Positions 50,692-62,065 of a stretch of DNA of 64,000 bases are shown one piece after another. The position numbers and the translations under genes were made by a program. The stretch's first letter is position 1. Each line of letters starts with the position of its first letter. Source of the DNA: Chara braunii (lineage: Eukaryota > Plantae > Charophyceae); NCBI GenBank assembly GCA_003427395.1, contig BFEA01000039.1, positions 4,524,847 to 4,588,846 of the forward strand, given 5' to 3'. A model generated the notes under the pieces. The model ran no database searches. It was not told the DNA's origin and saw nothing but the letters and a program-made list of their open reading frames with translations.

Positions 50692-51424
50692 TCAAAATCC
50701 GCTTGAATTCAGACAGTTGCCAGCTCTCTTTAAATGTGCAGGAGTCTACTGAGAATGTCAGCATAGGTAGGCGCGCCGCTTCAAGGCGGCCTTGCATCCG
50801 GTTTCAATTGTTGTCGATTTTGTGGGCAACGACCATTTCACGTCCTACGACCTATTGTTGTCCATTTCGTGTGCAACGACCATTTCACGTCCTACGATGT
50901 TTACAGGTCAACGGGTCACACTAAGGTCGCGTTATGCACTGAGAAACCTTCCCGCGACCAAGTTACTATGGTGTCTCCTACAACAGTTATTGCACTAGCT
51001 AAAATCGGCGCTGTTCACGCGCACAAACAGCCTTTTAACGTTTAGGGATTTCTATAGTATTGTAGGAAAATTTCAAAGGACAAGACAATCTGAAGCGCTA
51101 CTCCCCTCAACCCTATGTCACCTAGGGCTGTCATTTATATGCAGCTAGTCTGAGCTAGAACAAAAAGACTGCAGAATGTACGTGCTCAGTGGCTGAACAA
51201 AGGTCAGGAGTTCAGATCCTGCTGCACGTATCATCTTACAAGCTACTTCCCCTCCAGACCCCTTCTTCAAGAGAGACAAACACAGACAAAGAAAGCAGAA
51301 AACCTTGCAGAACACATAGGATCCCTCAGACTAGAAACATTTGGAGTCTTTCAACGTTATCCACAAACAAATGGACCTTACCCACACACAGGGACACCTT
51401 TCCAGTAGTGACCACCTTTAACTA

Positions 51425-51529
51425 CCGTCTTCACCCGAATAGAACACCCGGTCATTGTAGCCGCATTTGGCCCAACTTTCGGTCCAGGTGCAGCGATAAT
51501 GACCGAGCGTTCTATTCGGGTGAAGACGG
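51425..51529. mobile_element. pogo-like hairpin MITE, copy 4
   Basis: TA-CCGTCTTCACCCGAATAGAACACCCGG / CCGAGCGTTCTATTCGGGTGAAGACGG-TA. Confidence 0.7.
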
Positions 51530-52516
51530 TAGTTAAACACACTATCCTTGTGGAGCGCATATCCCGCTGCAGGCATGTGATGGTCCTGCAGGCATATGGT
51601 TGGAGTATACAAACATTTACGTAAACTTCGTAAAGGACCACTAGGTCCACTACCCTTGACGTTTCGGGTGGCGGGCCTCCAAATTCGAATTCGGACGCCG
51701 GGAGCTGCTGATGGAAAATATAAGCGGCTGCGCGGCGCCGAATTTTCTGGAGTTGGTTACATTTGCGACTTGGCGTCCAGTGACAAAGGTAGTGGTGGTT
51801 ATAAGGAGTACTCTTCAGAAGCACTGAAAGAAGACGTTGCCAAAATTACATCTACTGCCACTACTGGTCCATATATCTTCATTCTGAAGGTGTCCAGGAT
51901 CATCAGAGCTCTTCTTTCATGCACGTTCCTCATCATCAGGAAGAGAGGAAGGAAAAAGGAGAAGCACGTCCCAGCTCTCCAGTCATGCATGTTCCTCTTA
52001 ACTGCTGTCTTATCCTTTCTACTTCCTCCTCATGATACATTCTCTTGTAAAACAGGACATGCTTTTTTCCCCCCAAAAGAAAAGTCACAGTCTCATCCGA
52101 TTCTAGCTTGCCTTGTCACATCTTTCCTGTAATCTTGGTTACTTGCCCTCCTTAACCAAACCTCTCTTCTTTTCCACCTCTTAGGCTCGCTGGCCTAGCG
52201 GCTTTTCTGCAGTGCTCTGCCGCCACCAAAAGAGAAGGAAAAACGCCACCATGTCAGCCATGTTTTGATTGGTTGGCACTTGCACAGGAGTAGAGTAGAG
52301 TGAGCACAGCGTTGTAGGTAAATACCAGAAGTCTCAGAACCTTCAGGAGCTATGTGTGAACACTGTGAACTGCTGCTGTTGTGCTTTTTTGGGGGGTTGG
52401 GCATTGATTCACGCAAAGGACTTCTTTTAGTTTCGCAAAAAAAGAAGTAAGCAGGACGATGTGCAAGAGGGACACATCACGTCACTCACTCAATCACTCA
52501 CTCCCTTAATTGCTCA

Positions 52517-52588
<72 letters not shown>

Positions 52589-52589
<1 letters not shown>

Positions 52590-52891
52590 GAGTGGGTTTT
52601 ATGACTGTGGCAGATTAGTTTCTCAGACTTACTTCCGTTCTTGTCAAGGGTTTGGACCAGGTTCAGACCCGCTAGGATTGCAAGCTTACGTTGGTGTGAG
52701 TAAAGTCGACCACTTTTCTCTCTCACTGGGGTGTCGCTAACTCTGGGCGATGTGGTGAGTCGTTATCCATCAGTGAAATGAATCCTGGGCAGACTGTCGG
52801 GGTTCAACCTCAGCCTCCTGACGAGTCGGTGAAAGTCCAACGAAACAGTCTGGCACAGTCATGCATTTTTTGAGTGTATAGTGAATATGAC

Positions 52892-52893
<2 letters not shown>
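52589..52893 (+). mobile_element. Hammerhead-bearing non-coding element, copy B (complete, between two (CA)n tracts)
   Basis: Inverted termini ATGACTGTG(G/C)CAGA..GTTTC (52601-52622 / 52842-52862), a hammerhead in the right arm, a short tail ending AATATGACAA, and (CA)n on both sides. Confidence 0.8.
52790..52852 (+). ncRNA. Type III hammerhead ribozyme
   Basis: Stem III CAGACUGU/ACAGUCUG, GUC triplet (cleavage after 52798), stem I GGGGUU/AGCCUC, CUGACGA 52818-52824, stem II GUCGG/CCAAC (one mismatch), GAAA 52842-52845. Confidence 0.85.
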
Positions 52894-52966
<73 letters not shown>

Positions 52967-53524
52967 ACACACACAGGTTGCCAGCCTTGTAAGTGAGAGG
53001 CACAGTGAAAAGGGAGCTGCAAGAACAAGTAAAAGGGGGGGATCTTTTCTTTGCAAGGAAAAAAAAAAGGGGTGCCCCAAAGAAAGCCAAAGTAAAGATA
53101 GTCAAGAAAGGGATATAATGGATCTATCCTGCTGCAAACTTTTTCATTGTTGAATTGGCTCATCTGAAGTGGGCTTCATTGTCTGCAAAAGAGGGAAAGC
53201 TGCTTCGATTTTGGATCTACTCATCTGTGTGGAACACAGGCTGTTGTGGTGAAAATCTACAACACGCACACAAACACCCACACCCACACCCACACCCACA
53301 CCCACACCCACACCCACACCCACACAGACACACACACACACACAGACACACACACACACACAGACACACACACACACCGAGTCGTTAACAAAAAACTCGT
53401 TCCTAAACCCTGCCCAAGCAATCCCCTTATGTACAAGGCAGGGGTCTAGAGGATTATTCTGCATCCTAAGCATCCTTTCCAATGTCAAATCAGATGTTCC
53501 CAAAATGCATTTCAAGAAACCTAC

Positions 53525-53549
53525 CCAGAAGATGCAACCAACGGACCAT
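53525..53549 (-). CDS. Atypical MAPK-like kinase 25-nt micro-exon (subdomain IX)
   Basis: (I)WSVGCIFW with TGCAG/GTAGGT. The phases join AID-I upstream and ELIQR downstream exactly. Confidence 0.88.
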
Positions 53550-54109
53550 CTGCATTATGAAGGCAGTCAGATCATCATCATTATCATCATCATCAACGTC
53601 ACCAATTGCCGGCATAAGCAGAGTAGCAGCAAACAAGCGAGCAAAACAAAGAACAGTCACATAGTTAGGCTGTCAGTCAGATAAATAACATAACTTTTTG
53701 GATTTCCACCCGATTGGAAGAGAGCGAGACAATAACACTGAGAAGGCTATTGCAAAGACTACTTTCGCAGCAAGTTTCACTCCATACTATTCCATAACCA
53801 TTTCCGTATCATGCCCTTCGCATTCAGTGCACAACAAAATTGAGTTCAGTCCTCACGACATCGCAAAATAGTAAAATACCATTAAGTATCAAGTTATCGT
53901 AAATGACGAATGTTGGGTGTTACCCAGCTCAGTGACACACTTTGCCTGCAAAAGGAGTTCCAGAAAATCAGAGCAAAGGAGAACTCGAATTACTTTAAAA
54001 GTAGTCGAAGGCAACTGACGGAACAAACGGCATGCCAAGCTCGAGTACACAAATAGGTGGCCAAGGGTGACTGTACTACCAGAGGAACAGGGTACGCTCA
54101 CAAACTTTC

Positions 54110-54470
<361 letters not shown>

Positions 54471-54660
54471 AAGGCTGCAGTGGTGACATCCTTCCACCAT
54501 ACTGTCAAGCTCACAAACGTTCAAGTGATATTTCAACGTCTGGATTGACAGCTGCAATCACAAACACATAATTTAAGACCAATCTGGCAACACATTCCAG
54601 CCCTCCAACTCCAGCCCCGGACTACCACCGGTGACTGTGGGATTCCCGAGCACCCATCCA

Positions 54661-54732
<72 letters not shown>

Positions 54733-56200
54733 GGTAACGTAAGCAGCTCCAGAGATGCCGGCGGGGGCCATGGGGAGGGTTCTTTTTCCTTCTTGATGGC
54801 TCGCTCAGCCTGGAATCGGATCAACCGGAGATAAGGTGCAGGAAAAAAAAAAAAAAAAAAAAAACCTTAAAAAAGACCAATCTGGCAAGAAAACCGTCGT
54901 CCAGATGCAAAGCAAACACGAACTGTTACGAACATGGCAGAATATGAAATCAAAACGAAACAGAGCGATAGCAAATGCAAACCAGGAGGCAGACTGACCG
55001 ACCAACTGACAAAACCGCAAAGCGAATGCAGGTAAAAGTGGCAGACTGCAACGGAAAATATCATTTATTGAAGTAGAGGGAAAGAAGTAGGGCTCTGAGA
55101 TGACGAGAATTTCTGCACAGACCAACAGATGCCCTTTGTAGACCATCAGATCAACAAAGAATAACATCTGATGCACCCATCATGCACTGAAGGACGTCTG
55201 ATTCATTTTCCGTTGTACAGGTTCACCGACTATAGGGACCTTGTCATGGATAGGAGAGATGTACACAGAAACCCTCTGTAAGCCTTAGGCACAAAGTACA
55301 GAGGCTGGCTTCACAGGTCTCTGTTGCTGTCCAGACTCCAGACTTGTGTCCACAGTCTCCAGTTCTTGTCACCCAATAGAGTTGTATTGAAATTTTGCCT
55401 TTTGACACACACAGAAATTTAACATGAAAGAATGGAAGTTTCATCCTTCTCTGTAAAAAAATACCATAAGAAAGTAGAACAGGTAGAGGGATCCTGGGGT
55501 TGCCCTGATAGCGCTCAGGGGCCTCAAGAATAGCTGACAGCTGGAGAAACTGAGAGGAGCATAGGAGGAGGTCACAGATAAGTGGAGATAGGAATTACAG
55601 AGGATTGAATGGATTCCGTGGTGAGCGATGGCTCGTAAGCTAGACTGGGTAACGCTCCCGGGATAACCCCGGGTTGAATTGTGAGGACCCCGGCCTCAAA
55701 CTGTCTTTGAATTTTAAAATATATTCTTGATTATTGGTTCCTGGAAGAAAAGAAAAAAAAAAGGAGAATGGTGTATAAGACTATAAGTTGTATAACACAT
55801 CTACGAGGAGTGCAGGACGAAAACCAAACGCTTGCGCACCCATAGGCAGTCGATTGAAGCGAAGTCTCCTCGAATATTAAAATCGTATGCAGCTGGCATT
55901 GTAGTCTCGAGCAATCGTATTTGATAATTTCGATTCATGATAACGGGACCGCAAAAAACTCAGCAGTCTTTTGCAATATGCTATGTTTTCATGTGAGGAT
56001 GATGCCTGGAGGCTCGTGTTTTTTTTTTTTTTTTTTTTTTTTTGGAGGCTCGAAATTGCACAAGACTCAGAAGACTGTGAAGAGAACAAAATAGGGATTG
56101 AGAAGGAGAAGAACAGTTCCCACTGGAGCACGAACACAAATCTACAAAGAAAAAGGAAACAGTGATTGGGTCAAGTTTGGGAGTTGATGTGTGAACACAC

Positions 56201-56271
56201 ATGTCGATTGCTGACGTGTATATCCCCCTTGACATAACCACCTCCGGTGCTCGATAGCTAGGAGTTACTAC
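56201..56271 (-). CDS. Atypical MAPK-like kinase exon (subdomain VIII-IX)
   Basis: VVTPSYRAPEVVMSRGIYTSAID(I) with AG/GT boundaries. Confidence 0.92.
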
Positions 56272-57126
56272 CTGCACATTGCACGCGCACACAGAGGACA
56301 TCTGCCAGTCAGAATCTATGCGACAAAACATCCACAACTCGATCTCATCTCATATTCACACAAGAAGTCACCTCACCCGCTACATCACAAGCGCACACCC
56401 GGAACAAACATGCATATAGCTAGCTGCACACAGGTGCCTCCTCTCTCCATGGCATCCTGATTGGTGCAATTGCCAGCACGAGCAAACATAAACCATCACC
56501 GTTCATTGAACTTCATTCTATCCAAAATAGTCTTATCCTCCACAGCAGCATCTTTGGGTAAGAAACAGCTCTTACTCACTCTATCTCCCGATGACATTAT
56601 GCAAAATAATCTTATCCTCCACAGCAGCATCTTTGGGTAAGAAACAGCTCTGACTCACTCTACCTCTGACGACACTATATGGTATCGGGTGGCCCATACC
56701 GCACTTCACAATCTGGGCTGCTCATACAATCCAGATCCCTACAAAGCCCTACAAAGCCCTAGACAAAGTCCAATGGGGCCTGCTCTCAGCGCACAAGTGC
56801 TTGCATCACATTGTAGATGCCCTCTCACTTGGGCTGAAGGCAGCCTTCACGAAGACACATGAAAACACAAGTGAAAGCAAAAGCGAGAGCAAGAGAATAA
56901 GTGAAAGCAAAAGTGAGAGCAAGAGAATAAGTGAAAGCGCAAGCGCAAACGTGAGAGTGTCAGTGAGAGCCAAAGCGACCGCGAAAGCGAAAAGTGAAAG
57001 AAGCCGCCGATGATCACGGACACAACACATTCAAAAACTAGCATCTGATGTCCTTGCAGGCTTGCAGCATCAATCAGTGAAAATCTGTGAACAAGTAATG
57101 CATGTAAGCTAGAAGTCTGCGCTTAC

Positions 57127-57192
57127 CGTCTTCGTATACTGGCGTCGTAGTTCTTTCTTCCCAGGTTTTGTAGAATCCAACGCTGGACATCC
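57127..57192 (-). CDS. Atypical MAPK-like kinase exon (activation loop)
   Basis: GCPALDSTKPGKKELRRQYTKT with CTGCAG/GTAAGC, phase 0/0. Confidence 0.8.
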
Positions 57193-57516
57193 CTGCAGCC
57201 AGTTCATGCCCAGAATAAGAGAACACGCGTCAAGCAACAAAGAAACCTACCGAGATAAAGAGCCATCAGCTGGCCAACCACACAGCCTTTTGTCCACAAA
57301 TAGCTATCTGTCAATTCCATGTGCCCAACGTCAAAAAAGACTCGATTGGGAACGAACCCCGGTCATCAAGGTCAAGAAAAGATGCAAGGTTCGGAAACGA
57401 TGGCAGCAAGCAAAAGCAAAGCATGTTCTTCGATGACTGTGGATAGCGAGAGCAGCAGCAGAGTAGGATAAAGAGCTCATGAGGAGGGTCTCAAACACGA
57501 TCTAGAAGGATTTTAC

Positions 57517-57621
57517 CGCTTCCCCCTGCATTAGGCCGTCACGGGACTGAAGTGGGCGATTTATGCTCGAGTGTGAAAGGCGGGCAGAGTTGGGGTTGTT
57601 CTTGTTTGATTTGGTCGTTGC
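57517..57621 (-). CDS. Candidate activation-loop insertion exon of the kinase
   Basis: 35 stop-free codons, poly-C + CAG acceptor, GTAAAA donor, phase 0/0. No conserved motif. Confidence 0.5.
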
Positions 57622-58594
57622 CTGACGGGGGGGGGGGGGGGGGGGGGCAGGGACATGTTCTGAGAGAAGTGCTTTCTACGACTTCTTTTTTCACCCTGAG
57701 GGTCAGACACATCCCCAAATTCATCACAGAATCTAGATCAACCAGCTCTACCACAGAGAGGCCTTATCCTCCTCGAGAGCCCTAAACAGTTACTAAGAAC
57801 CCTTAGCTGCACCTTAGGCCCAGAGATCCACAAGCAACGAGCCCGGAACCGAATCCAGGACATTCAGAGTGTTTTCTCTTTTTCTCTTTTTTTATTTTTA
57901 AGCCTGTGCACTTAACAAGATGCCCTCCTCCCCAGTAAAACATTACTCCACTGGTGTCCATTGTGTTTCTTCCAACAAGCACACAGGTATTTGTGGGCTG
58001 CTTGTCACTCTCGATCACTAAATTGCTGCATAGGCATAGGCTTAGGCTACCACTATCTACAGAGAAAAAAAACCCTAGTTTATGATAAGAACGTCTTCAC
58101 CATGCGTGCTATACCCAGTGGACTAGGTCATCGAGTAACACTCAAGATGGCACTTAAATATGTTGAAACTTAGAAGGCAATATCGCGTTCTTTCCCCATG
58201 TCATATGTTGTGTACCCGAGGGTTGAACCCATTCTCCATGTGAGCTGCTGATCAAAGGCACAGTGATTTCGATGGTGTTCGCAAGATGACAAGCCAGACG
58301 CAATGCAACATTTGCCAAATGGTGCATACCCGCAAAGTCAGTAAAGAGAGAGATTTCGATTTAGTAAAGGGATGGATTCACAAACGAACAGATGAATGGA
58401 CGGACGGACAAACAGAAAGTGGAAGAGAGTAGGAGTTGGGAGAGGTTTCAAGCAGAGTACTGTTTTTGCACTTTGCCACTGTTTGGCCCTGAGTGACCAG
58501 CAGGAACTGTGAGAAAGGAGAACTAGCCGGTGAGCATGGGGTCTTACCAATCAGCTTGAGTGTGTGAGTGGCTGATTGATACACACACACACAC

Positions 58595-58632
58595 CTGTCT
58601 CTTATACACATCTAGATGTGTATAAGAGACAG
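58595..58632. other. Nextera mate-pair junction adapter (assembly artefact)
   Basis: Exact CTGTCTCTTATACACATCT+AGATGTGTATAAGAGACAG (head-to-head Tn5 mosaic ends). Confidence 0.98.
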
Positions 58633-59401
58633 CACAAACACACATATGCCCCGCAGAGCAGTCACGANNNNNNNNNNNNNNNNNNNNNNNNNNNNNNNNN
58701 NNNNNNNNNNNNNNNNNNNNNNNNNNNNNNNNNNNNNNNNNNNNNNNNNNNNNNNNNNNNNNNNNNNNNNNNNNNNNNNNNNNNNNNNNNNNNNNNNNNN
58801 NNNNNNNNNNNNNNNNNNNNNNNNNNNNNNNNNNNNNNNNNNNNNNNNNNNNNNNNNNNNNNNNNNNNNNNNNNNNNNNNNNNNNNNNNNNNNNNNNNNN
58901 NNNNNNNNNNNNNNNNNNNNNNNNNNNNNNNNNNNNNNNNNNNNNNNNNNNNNNNNNNNNNNNNNNNNNNNNNNNNNNNNNNNNNNNNNNNNNNNNNNNN
59001 NNNNNNNNNNNNNNNNNNNNNNNNNNNNNNNNNNNNNNNNNNNNNNNNNNNNNNNNNNNNNNNNNNNNNNNNNNNNNNNNNNNNNNNNNNNNNNNNNNNN
59101 NNNNNNNNNNNNTATTAGATAAATAAGGAATTCTTTCTATTATTATATTGTTATGAGATATTTTTTTTTCTTTAAGTAAGAAAGCAATTTGTTTATTGTA
59201 ATACTTTTGAAAATTTTGATTTTGAGTTCTGATTTCAAAAAACTTAAAACAGAGATATAATAGATAGATAGTCTAGACTATCTATAATCAATGAATATTA
59301 TCTATCTATCTATCTATTATATAGAATAGATTATATATATCTATATTTTGTAGATATCATCTATCTATTAGAATATCATCTATCTATTATATTTAGTTTA
59401 A

Positions 59402-59566
59402 CCTTTAAATTCCGAATATGGCAAAGTTGCTCCTGGTTGGGGGACTACTGTTTTAATGGGGATTTTTATGGCTCTTTTTGCAGTATTTTTGGTGATTATT
59501 TTAGAGATTTATAATGCATCAGTATTGTTAGATGGTATCTCGGTTAGTTGGGCAAGTTTAGTTTAG
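59402..59566 (+). pseudogene. psbH: 5'-truncated plastid psbH within an AT-rich plastid-like insert (~59113-59700)
   Basis: [54 protein letters not shown]. No start codon; an in-frame TAA lies just upstream. Confidence 0.93.
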
Positions 59567-59572
59567 CAATCT

Positions 59573-59620
59573 TGAAATAAGAAGTGGGATTGTTCTAGAA
59601 CAATCCCACTTCTTATTTCA
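59573..59620. terminator. Perfect 48-bp palindrome 3' of psbH (plastid-type 3' stem-loop)
   Basis: TGAAATAAGAAGTGGGATTGTTCT|AGAACAATCCCACTTCTTATTTCA. Confidence 0.75.
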
Positions 59621-59729
59621 TTATAGTATTTTGTATTATATTTATTAATTGTATCATATTATGTTCTATATATTATATGTTTAATATAATGATTTCTTGA
59701 AAACAAAGGATTATTCGCCATGCACTCAC

Positions 59730-59814
59730 CCCAAAAGCTGAACGTGAAAGCCCAAAATCGCATATCTTGACTGTCATGTTTGTCATCAACAATGTATTCT
59801 CCGATTTGATATCC
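59730..59814 (-). CDS. Atypical MAPK-like kinase exon (catalytic loop to DFG)
   Basis: (R)DIKSENTLLMTNMTVKICDFGLSRSAFG with CTGCAG/GTGAGT. Confidence 0.92.
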
Positions 59815-60729
59815 CTGCAGCAAATGGAAAGAAGCAAGCAAGTTCCAAAGTCCCATAGTCCCAAAGTCCCAAACAGCAGATCCAATTGTCTCAAACAATG
59901 CAGCAAGAGGCAACAAATGGGTCCCAAATTTCCAAACGGCCGTTCCCAAGTCCCAAACAGCAGAGCCTCATATTCACATGTGGATGCAAGACATGGATTG
60001 GGCTCCAGTTTGAAATTTGATGTGAATTGCATCGCAAATGCAAACCACTTGGCAATACCACCATCTCACATCTCCCTCCAAATATTTTGATGCTTCTGCA
60101 TTGCCATCACAAGCTCTGGAAAGAAAAGGGTTCTGGGCCTTCTGGCCCTTCTGCGGAAGCGAAGTGTCTCCTTTTTCTTTCCAAAAGAACAGCACCCTTT
60201 TGAAATTTGAATAGAACACCTGTTCAACTTCAAAACACAAATTAATAAAAATAGAATGCATGGGCAATGGGCATTGTGTTTCTTTTTTTTTTTTTTTCTT
60301 TTTTTTTTTTTTTCTGCCATCATGTGCCATGCCAGAAAACATTTTACTCTTAACACAAAGAAAAAGAAATGCCTTCTTCAGACTTCTTCAGATTCTTCTT
60401 CGTTTTCCCTTTTTTTTTACCCCTTTCTGGTTAACGGTTTGCCAAAGTGACTTTTTAGTCTAAAAGAATATACTACTATCATAGTACTATGATCACTATC
60501 ACATGTAGCTCGAGGAGGTTAACGAACCGTGTGCCGCAAACGGCATTACCTGTGACAGTTTTTTTGGATCAATGTAAGGCATTGTAAGCACTTCAAAATG
60601 AGGCTTTCTTTTTTGGCAGGTCAGCAGTTTGCGAGTGGAAATAAACTTCAATAAAGTGAATCTCTCACGTGCGGAATTCGTTGATCGAACTCGATCCTAT
60701 TCGAGAGAAGGTTAACAACAGTCGTATTT

Positions 60730-61130
60730 TTCATCACCACTTCAGGACACCCTTCACCACTTCAGGATGCAGCCTGCCTAAACAGGTGGTTTTCAGGGTC
60801 TTCGGACCTTTCACCACTTCAGAACCATTCAGGTCTGAAAATCCTGAATGGGCCTGAAGTGGTGAAAGCTCCGAAGATCCTAAAACCACCTGTTTAGGCA
60901 GGATCATCCTCAAGTGGTGAAGGGTGGTTTTCATGGTCTTCGGACCTTTCACCACTTCAGGACCATTCGAAATTTTCAGACTGCCCAAAACTCTCACTTG
61001 ACCACTTCTGGACACCCTTCACCACTTCAGGATGCAGCCTGCCTAAAAAGGTGGTTTTCAGGGTCTTCGGACATTTCACCACTTCATAACCATTCAGGAT
61101 TTTCAGACTGACAAAAACTCTCACTTCAAA
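60730..61130. repeat. Element built of direct and inverted TTCACCACTTCAG subrepeats
   Basis: The motif recurs many times in both orientations. Confidence 0.6.
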
Positions 61131-61784
61131 ATTTTCATTCCTGAATTTTCAGCTACCCGATAATTGTTAGAAATCCAGGCCAACAAACAGAGGTCATTCC
61201 CCCAATATCTCGCTGAACTGGCATTACTTGCCATCGATTCCTGGTTCACGAAAATGGTCAGTCTTTCACCACTGGTATCATCGGTCTCAGCACATATCGG
61301 TGCGTCCTGTAAGGGCTGTCAGAATAGTGATGGATTAACTGTTGACACTTGAAAGTTGAAACCGTTGAACAGAGAACACAGAAACGATGCATCATTCGCA
61401 ACTCCCCCCTCCTCTCTGCAAATATAAGGGTCTGTCCTGTAGGGTATGTCAGAAGTAGTGATCGTTCGGGCTGGACAGAGAACAGAGGAACGATGCATCA
61501 TCCACCGCTTCCTCCATTCCCCTCACACACAGACCCGCACACCCTGTGGGGTCGTCAGAGGTAGTGATAGTTTAAGGGATAGAAATCTAACACAGAAGCG
61601 ATGCATGATTCACAGCTTCCCCCTCCTCCAATCCCTCTGTGTGCCCTTTACCCTTCCCCACCAAGCCACAAACTGACCTCCCCCCTCCTCAACCCCCCAC
61701 CCTTTAACTCCTTCCTCACCACACACATGCTGATCTCCTCCGCCTCCTACCCTCCCTTCCCCCAACACACAAAATCGGTGAAGA

Positions 61785-62065
61785 CGGATATAGTTGCAAT
61801 CTACCATGTAGTAGTCCAACCAAACTCTTGTCACAAACACTATCAATGGCTATCCATGATCTCCCCCCCTCCTCCTACTCCCCCTTCCCCCATCACACAA
61901 AACTCTTGTCACAAACACTATCAATGGCTATCCATGACCTCCCCCCCCCCTCCTACTCCCCCTTCCCCCATCACACAAAATCGGCGAAAGACGGATATAG
62001 TTGCAATCTACCATGTAGTCGAACCAAACTCTTGTCACAAACACTATCAATGGCTATCCATGACC
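61785..62065. repeat. Nested tandem duplications (AACTCTTGTCACAAACACTATCAATGGCTATCCATGA x3)
   Basis: Direct reading of the sequence. Confidence 0.8.

Noticed and set aside
58595-58632. Perfect 38-bp palindrome as a biological element
   Set aside because: It is the Nextera/Tn5 junction adapter.
60550-60605. Candidate upstream kinase exon ending ...NCH-AG|GTAATG (phase fits HR|D)
   Set aside because: Purine-rich, poor acceptor and weak similarity to subdomain VIa. Left uncalled.
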